NCBI GenBank assembly: GCA_951406725.2
Contig: OX597834.1
Location: 22,134,001-22,198,000 of the forward strand
DNA from: Octopus vulgaris
Lineage: Eukaryota
DNA length: 64,000 bases
Direction of reading: 5' to 3'
In this document: positions 1-15,251 of the stretch, piece after piece
How positions within the stretch are numbered: the first letter of the stretch is position 1
Layout: the number at the start of each line of letters is the position of its first letter
Position numbers and translations under genes: made by a program
Notes under the pieces: generated by a model
What the model saw: only the letters and a program-made list of their open reading frames with translations
What the model was told of the DNA's origin: nothing
Databases searched by the model: none

Positions 1-371
1 CATCATCAGCATCATCATTACTGTCTTCGTTATCATTAATAGTGATTTTAATTGTTCATTCCAAGAGTGTAATGGGTTAAACACAATTGGATCTTTTGTT
101 TTATTCGCTTGGGAGGAGGAGGAGGATTTTTCTTTTTTTTTTTCTTTTGCTCTTTTACTGGTTTCAGTCATTAGATTATGGCCAGGCTGGGGCAACACCT
201 TCAAGGGTACGTTCAGTTTTTTTTTTTGTTTTTTTTTTTCATTGATTATATCAATGAGTGTGTATTTATTAGTCTCCTGCTCATATTTTATCTGTTTCAG
301 TTGAACGGTAAGTGCAACTGGGTTATGTCCCTTAAGAGAGTAGTTTCTCTTTCATTGACTACTTTCATGCT

Positions 372-613
372 TACACAAACACATATATGTCCATATCTAT
401 CTATATGTATATATGTGTATACATATAATACATATATATATATATATATATTACACAAACACATATATGTCCATATCTATCTATATGTATATATGTGTAT
501 ACATATAATACATATATATATATATATATATATATACATACATATATGTATATATGTGTATACACACATATATATATGTATATATGTGTATACATATATA
601 TATATGTGTATAC

Positions 614-665
<52 letters not shown>

Positions 666-719
666 GTGTATACATATATATATATGTATACATATATATA
701 TATATATGTATATATGTGT

Positions 720-773
<54 letters not shown>

Positions 774-864
774 GTGTATACATATATATATATATATGTA
801 TACATATATATATATATATATATGTGTGTATATATGTGTATACATATATTTGTGTATATATGTA

Positions 865-910
<46 letters not shown>
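372..910. repeat. Compound (TA)n/(TG)n/(CA)n microsatellite with a local ~80-bp duplication
   Basis: Seen directly; source of the YI-rich pseudo-ORFs. Confidence 0.95.
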
Positions 911-1442
911 GATGCAGTCATGAACATAAAGTTTGTGTGTATGTGTATACACCACTTTTTTTTTCTTGTTCAAAACTAATATCAAATGTTTGTATCATTT
1001 TTATTATTTCGTTCACATAGCTGTAATTGTTTCTCATATGCAGTCTTCATTAAAAGAAGAAAATGTATGGCTTCCTTGTAAATATTTCATTTCCATTGTT
1101 GGTATGGGTTGATTAGGTCTGTAAATATTAATACTTGCATTCACACATTACTTTCATTTCTTACATTGAACCACATTAGAAATAAATATAACATAAATTT
1201 TGAAATGAATTCTGCTTTGCACCATTTTTCTAACAGACATTCTAATTTTTGGTCACAGCTGCTGCCTTTTAAATAAATGAAAAAAAATCAACCAATTATT
1301 ATTAGTTTTACTAGTTTGGTAAACATTATAAATTCTATATTTCTATGCCTTTTAGTTTATTCTCTGCTGCTAATAATAGTTGGTTTGTTGGACAGTAGAC
1401 ACTAAATTGATATCAGAAAAAAATTCCTGATTTTTATTCAAC

Positions 1443-1830
1443 TAGAGTGGCTGTGTGTTAAGTAGCTTGCTAACCAACCACATGGTTCTGGGTTCAGTCC
1501 CACTGTGTGGCACCTTGGGCAAGTGTCTTCTTCTATAGTCTCAGACCAACCAAAGCCTTGTGAATGGATTTGGTAGACAGAAACTGAAAGAAGCCCATCA
1601 TATATGTGTGCGTTCATCTATATGAGTGTATCTAAACCCCCCCCCCCATCATCGCTTGTTAACTGGTGTGTTTACATTCCCATAACTTAGCAGTTTAGCA
1701 AATGAGACTGATAGAATTAGTATCAGGTTTTTAAAAAAAAGCCCTGGGGTTAGTTTATTCGACTAAAATCCTTCGAGGTGGTGCTCCAGCATGGCCACAG
1801 TCAAATGACTGAAACAAATAACAGGACAAA
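1443..1830 (+). mobile_element. tRNA-derived SINE family A (CORE-like), near full length
   Basis: GGCTGTGTGG..GGTTCAGTCCC head, ACCTTGGGCAAGTGTCTT core and GTCAAATGACTGAAACAA tail; many homologous copies in the window. Confidence 0.85.
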
Positions 1831-2398
1831 AGAAGACACACACACACCTGCATGGATCAGATGGAATTCGTTCAGGTAGACAGATACTCTTCCTGTTGCC
1901 AGTTCTCTTCTGCTTTCAGTGAAAAGCCAAGGTAATAATTTCTCCGTGGCTTGAAATGTTTTCGTGGAAGGTTGAATGTGGACACCACTTGTATGATGGT
2001 GACTCTCATTTACAACTGTTATATGATGTCTAGACACTAAGTTACATACACACACACACGCATACATTCAGTAACATCTTTTTCCTATACTGATATAGGT
2101 TGGACAGTTTGACTGGATCCATCAAGCCATAGACTTACATCAGGCACCAGTACATCTGTATGTATACCTATGTGTGTGTGTGTGTGTATATATATATGTG
2201 TGTGTGTGTCTGTATATATATATGTGTGTCTGTATATATATATGTGTGTCTGTATATATATATGTGTGTATATATACTTACTTAGAAATGGATGCGTGCA
2301 TTCTGACATATAATAAATTAATAAATAAATAAAACATATGCATATATACATACATATATGTACGTATAGCTCTACATGTATATATACATGCATATATG

Positions 2399-2686
2399 GG
2401 TACAGGACACCAAAAAAACGTCGAACACAATGAGAAACGAAAACATAAACACAAAACCAAGGAAATGGACATTTTTCTTAAACAACGAAAAAATAGAGTA
2501 CAGGACATACAATACAAGGAACATTCCCCTAGATAAAACAAAGGCGACTGAAGATGGGGAATTTTCCTTGTATTGTATGTCCTGTACTCTATTTTTTCAT
2601 TGTTTAAGAAAAATGTCCATTTCCTTGGTTTTGTGTTTATGTTTTCGTTTCTCATTGTGTTCAACGTTTTTTTTGTATCCTGTACC
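2399..2686. mobile_element. Foldback element with ~130-bp inverted arms, set in (TA)n
   Basis: Arms 2399-2529 and 2556-2686 are near-perfect reverse complements; the 26-nt spacer contains CTGAAGA. Confidence 0.85.
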
Positions 2687-3072
2687 TATATATATATATA
2701 TATATATATATACATACATACCATGGGCTTTGTTCATTTCTGTATAACAAAACCACTTGCGAGGCTTTGGGCAGCCCAGAGTTGCCACTTGCCCAAGGTA
2801 CCACATTCTAGGACTGAACTCAAAACCGCAAGGCCATGCCTGATGTATGAACATACGTACTAAACAGCAATTATTATAAATAACGAAGATGATTGCGGTT
2901 ATTTACTCAGCCAGGCCTCCTAATTATGTATTAACGACTGGTTTTTATGTCAGGGAAAGAAGTAACAAAAAATGGTAATGAAATCATTAATTGGTCATGC
3001 TGAGAAATCTTCGTCCAATAAATTCCAGTATCGGTCATACATTATTTCTTTAATGTGGCTTTTATATATATA

Positions 3073-3455
3073 CTAGCAGTATCGCCCGGCGTTGCTCGGG
3101 TTTGTAAGGGAAATAACTATAAAGCATTTTTAGAGAGTTATAGCCAAAAAATAGCAAAGAAATGGGAAAAAAATGATGGTAAATTTTTTTGAGAGTTAAA
3201 AAGGTCGAGTTGTGTCCCCTAGACAGTCTGTGGTTTGTGTTTCTGATTCTCGACCCCATGTCGAATTTATCGATCTTTTTCAGAACTGGGGGAACCTTTC
3301 AAAATTTTCGCTGCGTTAGTTTTGAATTATGACATTGGGCTATGTGTGTGTCAAGTTTCATCAGAATCGGTTGAAAGCTGTGGTCAGGGTGAGGGTACAA
3401 CCTGACAGACACACAGACGCACACACAGACAAACTGCCGTTTATATATAGAGAGA
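3073..3455 (-). mobile_element. Non-autonomous Helitron
   Basis: On the - strand it starts TCTCTCTATATATAA and ends with the hairpin CCCGAGCAACGCCGGG followed by CTAG. It sits between host A and T, and shares its 3' end with the copy at 41873-42265. Confidence 0.85.
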
Positions 3456-3799
3456 TGTGTGTGTATGTATGTATGTATATGTTTTTTTTTTATTTATATC
3501 ATTTGCGACATGATTATGGAGTTAACCTTTCTGTGATTTGTATAAAATCTTCATCGGAGACCGACCAAATATCGATTTTCTTTTTGCTCTTACTTTTCTC
3601 CCAAGTCGTAACTGAATCAGCTGCTAATTTGAAGTCGAAGTCATTTGTGTTTATTATTACGTTCGTCTTCATTAAAAGTGCAAAAGTGCAACACAAAAAA
3701 AAAAAAAAAAAGAACAGTAACACCAGATTTATCGTTAAGTTTGAAAATAATTGACATATCCCAGAGATCATTATAATAATAATAATAATAATAATAATA

Positions 3800-4620
3800 G
3801 GTGGTGAGCTGGCAGAATCGTTAGCATTCAAGGCAAAATGCTTAGCTGTATTTCGTTTGTCACTATGTTCTGAGTTCAAATTCCACCAAAGTCGACTTTG
3901 CCTTTCGCCCTTTCACGGTTAATAAATTAATTATCCATTTCACACTGGGGTTGATCAATTAAGTAGCAGTTATGTGCTGGGGGTCATGCAATCAGCTACC
4001 TTCCTCCTCTAAATTTCAGGCTTTGTGCCTATAGTAGAAAGGATTATTATTATTATTATTATTATTATTATTTATTATAAGATGGTGAGCTGGCAGAAAC
4101 GTTAGCACACCAGGTGAAATGCTTAACAGTATTTTGTCTGTCTTTACGTTCTGAGTTCAAATTCGACTTTGCCTTTCATCCTTTCGGGGTCGATAAATTA
4201 AGTACCAGTTGTGTACTGGGTCGATCTTATCGACTGGGCCCCCTCCCCTCCCCAAAAATTTCAGGCTTTGTGCCTAGAGTAGAAAGTATTATTATTATTA
4301 TTATTATTAGGGTGGCAAATTGGCAGAATTTTTTTAACATGCCGGACAAAATGTTTAGCAGTATTTCGTCCATTTTTATATTCTGAGTTCAAATTACAAC
4401 TTTGCCTTTCGTTGCTGGCTTTGTGCCTAAATTTGAAACCATTACTATCATTATGGTGGCTAGCTGGCAGAATCATTAGCACACTGAACAAAATACATCA
4501 CAACATTTCTTCAGGCCCTATGTTCTGGGTTCAAATTGCCAGCTGAGCAATGGAGTCAATGAAATTGTTTAGCCCATTCCCTCAAAATTTCAGGACTTGT
4601 ACCTGTAATAGAAAGAATTA
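3800..4620 (+). mobile_element. Head-to-tail cluster of SINE family B (MetaSINE-like) in (ATT)n/(AAT)n
   Basis: Repeated GGTGAGCTGGCAGAATCGTTAGC heads and a GCCTTTCATCCTTTCGGGGTCGATAAA-TAAGTACCAG domain, with (ATT)n tails. Confidence 0.8.
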
Positions 4621-4656
4621 TTATTATTATTATTATTATTATCATCATCATTTTTA

Positions 4657-4705
<49 letters not shown>

Positions 4706-4707
4706 CA

Positions 4708-5551
4708 CAGGGTGTGGTGAATAAACTGTTGTCTAAATTACACAAAAATGAAAATAACACTGATACCTCATTTTAACTGATATATTTACCAAAATTACAT
4801 AAAAATATCTTGAAATACTAAAGAGTAAATTTATTCAATAAAATCACCATTGTCTTCAACCACACCCTCCAGACGACTTTGGAATCTCCTGCAACTCTTC
4901 TGGCTAGTCTCTTTGTTTAAGTTGGTGAATGCTGTCATAATCCTTGCCTTCAGTTCATCTTTGGTGTTACAAGGAGTTTTGTTGGCCTCTTGCTCAATCA
5001 AGGGGTTTGCAGTCTGGGGAATTAGGTGGCCAGATGCTAGGGGCGATGTGGTTGCAGAAATTGTCTGACAGCCATGACTGGGTTCTCCTGCTTGCGTTGC
5101 ATGGTGCAAAGTCTTGTTGCCAAGCATAGGGTCTTCCAGCAGCTACCCTCTTCACCCAGGGCAGGACTACCTCCTCCAGGCGCTTGATGTAGGCCTCTGT
5201 GTTGAGACTGAGGTGATGTGGGAAGATGAATGGAGGCATAATGTTGCCGTCACTAGTGATCACTCCAAACATCACGATGTTGACTGGATGCTTGATTTTT
5301 ATCACACTCAGTACATGTCCTAAGATTCACACCCAGACACTCTTGAAATATTCATATTGGAGCTTCCAGCATGAATGCCAAGCAGTTTCCAAATTTCTGG
5401 CAGAGTGAATTGCATCATGGTACTGGTTTTTCTCACAGACAGTACCCAACTGACCCTACTGTACTGTGTAGTCAACAAAATCAAAAACAAACCATGCTCA
5501 CGTGCGAAGTTAGAAATATAAAATAGCAACAAATTTACCCATCACACCCTG
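4708..5551 (-). mobile_element. Tc1/mariner-superfamily DD37D (maT) transposon, internally deleted, with degenerate transposase
   Basis: TIRs CAGGGTGTG.../...CACACCCTG followed by TA. ORF 4994-5305 contains WQQD-x37-D ending in WPPNSPDCKPLD, and the frameshifted C-terminus continues in ORF 4831-5127. Confidence 0.88.
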
Positions 5552-6123
5552 TATATATACACACATTTTATATATGTATGTGTGTTGTACAAATTCCAGG
5601 CAGAGTAAACTGCTCCTCTCAAACCTTATTAAACTTCACAAGCTTATAAACTGTTACATTGGCCATTATCTCTTTCCTTTTCATTTGAGATTTTTCTCGC
5701 ATTTTAGCCTTTTTTTCCCTATTTTTCACCATTAATTCATATTTCTCTAACACTAATTTATATTCCTTTCTGACATTCAAGAACATTTTTTGATCACATC
5801 TAGATTGAAATTTTATACTTCTATCGTCCTGCCTTCCTCTAAAAATTCCTATTGATTTTTAACATATGAATTTTATTTCACATACATATATGGAATGATA
5901 ATAATGATAATTTTAATATTAATCTGAATAAAAATGTGCGTGAAAGACGAAATGGAGCTGATAATGAGTGGCAAATATGCGTCTGTCTCAACAAGAAAGG
6001 CGCATGTATTTCTCCATCTGGGGTTGTCGGGGTTGAATAACATAAATCTTCCTGTTGCTTTTAAAAATCTGTCATTTCTTCAATGTCACTATAATCATGT
6101 CACCCGCCTAAGGAAATATTCGC

Positions 6124-6750
<627 letters not shown>

Positions 6751-7420
6751 ACGTGTGTGTCTTATCATTTGATTGCACATTGCCTCGGAGATGTGCTTTC
6801 ATTAAAAAGCCATGTTTTCCATTTGCTGTTTTGTCTAATTTTTGTAAAATCTAAATTAATTTGCCTTTGGCTTACTTAACGATCATCATCATCTATATTT
6901 TCACAGTCTTCATTTTCTTTTATTACATGTGAGCACACACATACACACACACACATTTCTCTGTCTGAATCTATTTACTTTACATGTATATGTGTGGTCT
7001 GGATATGAGGGTATATGGATGGATATATGTGTGTGTGTGTGTCTATACATATATATATATATACTTACACAGACATGTAGATTAATGTTTATATATATAT
7101 GTATGTATACATACATACACATAAGCCCCACATTCACACACACACACCCACAGATGGATTAAGATGTGTGTGTGTATGTGTATATGTAGATATATTGATG
7201 TTTACATGTATGTATGTCTATATGTATATAGACATTCACACATGAACCATGCAATCATATATAGAGATTAAGATATCTGTGTGTATGTGTGTATATATAT
7301 ATATATATGTGTGTATATATATATGTGTGTCTGTAGATAGATAAATAGATATTTGTATGCATGTGTCTATATACATAACTATTACATATATGTGTGTATG
7401 TGTATATGCACGTGTCTCAT

Positions 7421-7458
<38 letters not shown>

Positions 7459-8064
7459 TGTCTTAAAGGTGGAACATGGATGACAGAAGAAAAAAATCAA
7501 CATTTTGTTTATTGTTCATTTTCTTTCTTTCTTTTCTTCTCTCTTGTTATTTCTGTGGAAACTTGGAAATGGTAAACAACAACAAACCTTGACATTTCAC
7601 GTTCGTCGATGTCTTAAGAATGTTTCCGAAATGGCTTTTACTGAAAAATTGTTCCTTAATCCATCATCATTTCTTCTTCAAATCTATCCCTAGACACTTT
7701 CAAAATATTCCTTCTTAATCTCCAATATTTACATATTGATTATTAAATTCCATTTTATAGATCTTTAATCAAACTCTTTCAGTGAAAATATTTCTTATTC
7801 TACACATAATTGGTCTCTGTTTATGCGTGTATATGAATGGGTGTGTGTGTTTGTGTGTATATTTATGTGTATATCTGTGCTTATATCTTCATGTGTGTGT
7901 GTGTGTTTATGTATTTATCTGTATGTTTCTGTGTCTATGTTTGCATACATGTGTGTGTGTGTAAGTTTGTATGCATGTTTGTATTTGTGTGTGTATACAT
8001 GTTTATGTAAATATTTTCATGTGTATTTGTGCGTGTTTCTGTGTCTCTTTGAGTGCATGTATGT

Positions 8065-8105
<41 letters not shown>

Positions 8106-8664
8106 TATGCAAGATGTACTGGCTGAGAGTAATAAAGAAAATCAGTTCTTTGTCTCATATTATGAGTTCAAATCCTGGGAAAGTTAGCTCTAGACATGTT
8201 TTGTTTTTCTATTGAGTTGCCTCGATAAACTAAGATACCATTTATGTCCTTGCATTGTTCTTTGAACAGCCATATCATCTGTACCGAAATATTTTCTTGG
8301 GTGTAGCACCAGTTTTAGAAATTCCTATAATTGTGATTATGAAAGGGAATATGGATGCATATGCATACACGTATGCACACACCCATGCACAAATACACAT
8401 GTATGAGCACATATGTCTTAGATGTTTTGAAGGCAAAAATACATTTTTCTTGTGGCGTAAAGAACGGAAGAATGTTCCATGAGTCTTTATGTTTCTCTTT
8501 TGCAGTCATCTGATTACCTGTATCTTATATTCAATTGAACCGTCTCCCTTGAAACCAGAAAACATCACATATATATAAATGTGTGCGTGTGTATATATAT
8601 ATATCATCATCATCATCATCATTTAACGTCCATTTTCCGATGATGATGATATATATATATACAC

Positions 8665-8696
<32 letters not shown>

Positions 8697-9106
8697 TTAT
8701 ACCTATATATACATATGCTATGTATACACTCACACATACATATATATAAACTTGATGATTTGATTTTTGTTTTTGTATTTTCCACTTTTGTCTCCTTTTG
8801 TAAAGAGCTTTGAATTCTATTGAAAGGTTGTCAACCTTTTATTCCACACACACACACACAGAAGCTCTCCCTTATATAAATATATATATATATATATATA
8901 TGCACACATGCACATGCATCTTGAACATGTATATACATGTGTGGGTATATATGTGTAATATATATATAAATATACACACGTATATATATATATATATACG
9001 CACATATATATGTATATATATATACATATACATACATATATATATATATATATACACACACATACATACATACATACATACATACATACATACATACATA
9101 CATACA

Positions 9107-9158
<52 letters not shown>

Positions 9159-9769
9159 AGCTTTTAACAACAGTTGGTTTCTCTTTTTGTCGGTTGTTAT
9201 CATCATCATTTTTGTTCTAAAAAACTTTCCATAATTCTTAATATTTCCTTTGTATATTATTACCATTTATTTTATTTTTATTTTTATTTTTTCACTATGT
9301 GATATTTCCATTTAAAAATACATTTTGAAATTACGAAACACCCCCAAGACATGGGGAAGCAACATGGCAGGGAGCTGGTTATATTTTGTTAATGAATATA
9401 AATCTATATCATTTTCTTTATCTTTGATTAAATATATTTAAAGATTCGGGTGGGGGTGGTTGGTGGTTGGTGGAGAGAGGGATGAGAAAAACAATTTCTT
9501 GTAGAAAAATTTACTTAACATCAACAATATTCATCTATTTAAAATCGTATTCTGTCTAAAACTTCCATTTCGTTTTCTATTTTTGTTTTGCACACACACA
9601 TACCTGCATACACACACACATACATGCACATACATATATATACACACACATACATCTGTACACACACATATACATACATACATATATACACACACACATT
9701 CATACATATATGTACACACACACACACATACATACATATACACGCACACGTACATATATATGCACACAC

Positions 9770-9963
9770 CGTGCCAGTGGCACGTAAAAGCACCCACTAC
9801 ACTCTCAGAGTGGTTGGTGTTAGGAAGGGCATCCAGCTGTAGAAACTCTGCCAGATCAAGATTGGAGCCTGGTGCAGCCATCTGGTTCGCCAGCCCTCAG
9901 TCAAAATCGTCCAACCCATGCTAGCATGGAAAGCGGACGTTAAACAACAATGATGATGATGAT
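9770..9963 (+). mobile_element. SINE family C with a (GAT)n tail
   Basis: GGCACGTAAAAGCACCCACTACACTC...GCATGGAAAGCGGACGTTAAA followed by (GAT)n; about ten copies in the window. Confidence 0.8.
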
Positions 9964-10575
9964 ACACACATACATATACATATACACACATACACACACA
10001 CATATACACACACACATATACACACATATCCATCTTTTTGGAAACCTTTTCCATTCTTATTGATGTCTTACGTTCGCATACACTACTTCTCTGAATTCAA
10101 AAATGCAACATTTATAAGGAGTTTTAGGTCCTTAAAATAAAAGGATTTATTTTGCTAGCACCATAACGACTCTATGAGGAGGGTTTGTTTTTTGGGGTTT
10201 TTTTGCCTTTTGCCTGACTGATGTCAGTCCAATATTGAGGATTTCATTATAATAATAACTAGCATTATGACCTGGCAACTGATTATAATGATAGTAATGA
10301 TGATGATGATGATGTTGATAATATTCGTATCAATGTCTCAGTAAGAGGTTTTGGTAATCAAATGATAAATCTCTTTTAATGATGTTTTCACACACACACA
10401 TATACAATGCATGCACAAACACACACACACATACTTGCACAGACACACAACCTCTTGCATGCACAGACACACACACATGCATTCATGCTCACACACACAC
10501 CAATTGGTTTCATTGGTCAGAGAAATATATCTTCACAGGATCTTCTTTATCAAACTTGTAGTAACAGCTGTTTTG

Positions 10576-10627
<52 letters not shown>

Positions 10628-11603
10628 GTACACATACACATATATCTTTGTATAAATGTATATATAGGGGTGTGTGAGTGTGTAAATGAGTATATGTATA
10701 TGTATGTGTGTCTTTATATAAATATATATGTAAATGCATACATATGCATGTGTTTATATATGTGTATACATACACACATGCATGTATAGTCTCTTCGAGA
10801 GAGAGAAAAAAACCATTCCACTAAGCGCCATGGTAGACACTGTTATTTCAATTCTCCTTTTTACCTTAAACTATCTTCCATTTTGCAATCACTCCATCTG
10901 GCTCACCTCCATGTACGATTGCAGATGTTGTGTTAAATGTTCTTACTCTATGAAAGAACAACAAAATCCAAAAAAAAACAATAACAAAACAAAAAAAATT
11001 TCTTCAGAAAAATCAATAAAATTCTTTGATATATTTTATGTGATATTGCTTATTGGTAGGTGAAAACACTTTGATAGAAATTTCTTGTCGTCACTGTAAA
11101 AAAAAAAATTCTTTGGCATATTGTTAATCTCTTGATATAACTTTCCAAAGACATTCTGCAACTCTGCTGTTAACATGGTTCTCTGACTACTGCCTTACCA
11201 AAAGATAAACTGTTTAGAATTTCTAAAGTTGAAAGATTAACATCATGTTCCGACCATCTTTGAGTTCATGTGAAGAATTTCCTGTTTTATTTTGTGTATT
11301 TTACTGGGGATGTTGTTGTTTTCCTCTTTCTTTTTTCTTTCTTTTTCCTTTTTTTTTATGTTTTTGTTAGATTCTATCTGTTTTGATATATTCTGGTTGT
11401 GTGTGCTTAAGAAGTTTGATTTGTGAAAACAGCCACATGGTTTCAGGTTCAGTCCCGCTACCTGGCACCTTAGGCCTGCATCTTGGAACTGACCAATGCC
11501 TTGAAAGAGAATTTGGTAAATGGAAACAGTGTGGAAGCCCATCATATGTGTGTGTTTGTGTGCATATGTACATGTATGTATTTAAATGTGTATGTATATA
11601 TGA

Positions 11604-11640
<37 letters not shown>

Positions 11641-11659
11641 TATAGATATATATAATTAA

Positions 11660-11994
11660 GTGGTACTCTGTCGGGTACAACAACGAAGGCTCCAGTTGAT
11701 CCAATCAACAGAACTGTTCATGAAATTAACAGCCTGTTCATGAAATTAATGGGCAAATGGCTGAATACTCCACAGACACATGTGCCCTTAAAGTAGTTCT
11801 CAGAGAGATTCAGCGTGATACACAGTGTGACAAGGCTGGCCCCTTTGAATTACAAGTGCTACTCATTTTTGCTAGCTGAGTGGGCTGGAGCAATGTGAAA
11901 GAAAGTGTCTTGCTCAAGGACACAATGTGTTGCTAGGAATTGAACTCATGACCTTACAATTGTGGGCCAGATACCCTAACCACTATGCCACATG

Positions 11995-11996
<2 letters not shown>
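11660..11996 (-). mobile_element. tRNA-derived SINE family D
   Basis: The reverse strand reads GGCATGTGGCATAGTGGTTAGGG head and GTGTCCTTGAGCAAGACACTTT; related to 25520-25745 and 29356-29590. Confidence 0.7.
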
Positions 11997-12057
<61 letters not shown>

Positions 12058-13121
12058 GTATGTATCATTAAAAGGGTGAAATTATGATTTTTGGACAATA
12101 ACTTATGAGAGAAGAGCATGTCCACATCATGTGTGCAATTTTTCCATCATGTGTTCCTTTCTCTCCTTCTATGTAATTTATCTTATGTGTACACACAACA
12201 GGCTTCCACACAGTTTCCATCTATCAAATTTAGGTATTGATCAGCCCAAGGCTATAGTAGAAGACACTTGCCCAAGGTGCCACACAGTGGGATTGAACCT
12301 GAAACCACATGTCTACAAAGCGAGCTTCCCAACCACCCATTTATATTTTAAAAATTTATCCAAGTTCTTGATTATTTTCAAAATTATCTGAAACTCATAG
12401 ACAATGTGTATTTTAACTGGAATATAATAAAAAAAAAAGATCTTGTCTGTTGACTAAAGACACAATATAGTACCAGCAACAGGATTTGATCTACTAATCT
12501 CTTGTCTGTGCCTTCAAGAAAAACTTATTTAAAACTATTTGAATAACAACCATTATGTCAGTCATTCTTTAAGGCCATTTCTTTATAAATTTGATTTTAG
12601 TGAAATTCATTGAAGAATTTGGTAAATTTTTGTAGGAGTTCTTTTGTTAAATGTTTTGGTTTGTTTTTTTTATTTAATCTTTATTTCGATTCCAGGCCAA
12701 TCCAAAAGAGAAAGAAATTTTTAATTACCTACATTCTACATTAGAATATTAAATTGAAGAAATGTATGAAAGAAATCTTTCTTTTAAATTGAGCAAAATA
12801 TGGAACAGTGCTTCCAAAAGGTTACAAAAGTCTAATCCGTTTAGGTAAACACAATCTATTGAAGCACTTTATATGCACACGTGTGTGTATATACACACTC
12901 ATAAACACACACACACATATAAGCAATCACTACCAAAGAACTTAAGGACCTTGAATTTGAAAGTAATTTATTAAATTAATATGAAACTATGTGGACTAAA
13001 AGGATTTTTGAAAAATCGAATCCAGACAAATATAAATATTTATATATATATATATATGTATATTTTATATATGTATATATATGTATGAATATATATATGT
13101 ATATATGTGTATGTATGTATG

Positions 13122-13154
<33 letters not shown>

Positions 13155-13155
13155 G

Positions 13156-13212
<57 letters not shown>

Positions 13213-13270
13213 GTGTGTGTGTGTGTATATATAAATTTATATATATATATAATTTATTTTAATTTGGGCT

Positions 13271-13465
13271 AAGTTAGTCTCTTGCTGCTGCAAGTTTTGC
13301 CTTTGGGTACACACAGTCTTCAGCCAAGTTCCAACAACTTGCTTGAGACATAATTTGCCTGAAGACTCTGTATACCCAAAGGCAAACCTTGGAGTAGCAA
13401 GACACTTACTTGGTCAAAAGTAAACTATTAATCTCTACAGTGGTATTGAGTACTCTTTTTTTCCG
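13271..13465 (+). mobile_element. Penelope-like foldback remnant with a degenerate hammerhead motif
   Basis: Inverted arms 13271-13323 and 13359-13411; TTGC-CTGAAGA...AAA-CCTTGGAG-TA-GCAA. The tail CTCTACAGTGGTATTGAGTACTCTTTTTT resembles the reverse complement of about 19613-19643. Confidence 0.6.
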
Positions 13466-14612
13466 ATAGCCAACACTGAATGCTGTATGTGTAAATATAT
13501 ATAATGTACAGTAAGATCAACAAAAAAAGTACCCCATCTGGTGAGAGATAAATTTTATTTAATAAACATACTGCATGTTTTTATGTGCTACTAATAGTTT
13601 TTTACACTGAGAACATGCCAAACAATGTACTGTAATACATATGACATCTCAGCACAGTCATCAGGCACATCCCACATGGCATAACGAACTATATAAAATG
13701 TGAAGAAATAGGGACTTGGAATTCAGGTTGGTACCTTATTAGCATTCTGATATAATCCAAATTAGACTAACCACATCGAATGATAGGGAACATATAGAAT
13801 CGTTTACCATAAACATTTGCATGGTACTTCACTCAATAGGAAAATCCTGGGCTTACTTCTTTGGATTTCCTACAGTATACAAAGTATATAAACAAGACAT
13901 CTTAAAGGAAAATGGAGAATTCTACATCTTCAAGACTTCACTTTGCCACTTTGGAATCTGATGCGAATTTAATGAAAATAATTTTCCATTCTTCCTTATG
14001 ATGTCCTGATTCTATATAAGATTTTTATACTTTGTTCTGTAGTGTCAGCTAAATTTGCCTGAAGATGAATTTTAAAAGATTTCTATTTGTGTGTATGTAT
14101 ATATGTGGAAAGTATTCCAGATACTTCGTTAGTTATACACTGTGTCACAATGATAACTCGTTTCACTGATTAACCGATTGGATTCCACTCATTTATAAGA
14201 AAGCTAAACAACATGCAAACCCCAAACAGTCGAACGCTTGCATACACAGAAATTTTACCAAAAAATATCCAAGAATTTCACCATAGCCATTTTTTCCCCC
14301 TGACCCTTCCTGCGTATATTTATGTATACACCTTGTAAGATCTTTGTAGGTAGGTAAAAGAAAGAGAGAAAAAGGGAGAGAAATTATAAAGTATTGTTAA
14401 AGGTCTTTTTTGTTTTTAATTTCTTATGATACTTTTACTTTTTTTTATATAAAAGTTTGTTACTGGATGCTCAGATTAATTACATCCATTAATCTTGTGT
14501 GCCTTTGTTTTTGTTCATTTAGTTATTCCTCTTACTGTATTCTTCTTCTTATTGTTTATTATTATTATTATTATTATCATTATTGTTGTTGTTATTATTA
14601 TTATTATTTTTA

Positions 14613-15190
14613 AGGTGGTGAGTTGGCAGAATTGTTAGCGTTCTTAGCAGCAGTTTATCTGTCTTTATGATCTGAGTTCAAATTCTGCTACGGTTGACTT
14701 TATCTTTCATCCTTTCGGGGTCGATGAAATAAATACCAGTTGCCCCCTTAGAATCGATGCAATCAACCATTCCCCCCTCCCCCTCCTCACCCAATATTTC
14801 AGACCTTGTGCCAATAGTAGAAGGGACTTTTACTATTATTTATGGCGGTGCGGTGGCAGAATTGTAAGCATGTTGGACAAAATGCTTAGCAGCATCCCAT
14901 TCATTTTCATGGTCAAAGTTCAAATTTTGCCTCGGTCAGCTCAGTGTTTCAGTTGACTCATGTCCCCAAAATTCCAAGCCTTGTATCTATAATAGAAAGG
15001 ATAATTATTATTTTTCTTACCAACATTCTTCTTTTTGTCTTATTTATTGTTATTACTACTACTACTATTATCATTTTGGTTTTTTTTTTTTGTTAAGTTT
15101 TCTTATCAACTTTCTTCTTATTTTAATTAGTATCATTATTGTCATCAATCTTTATTGTTATTGTTGTCATCCTTCTTCTTCTTCTTCTTC

Positions 15191-15251
<61 letters not shown>

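Noticed and set aside
178-979. Long YI/CV/HT-rich ORFs here and throughout (e.g. 5934-6710, 17675-18191, 60005-60635)
   Set aside because: Translations of (TA)n, (TG)n and (CA)n microsatellites, which lack stop codons.
13500-14090. Possible Penelope GIY-YIG/RT coding remnant next to the foldback
   Set aside because: No recognisable motif or open frame by eye; a tblastx search against PLE proteins would be needed.
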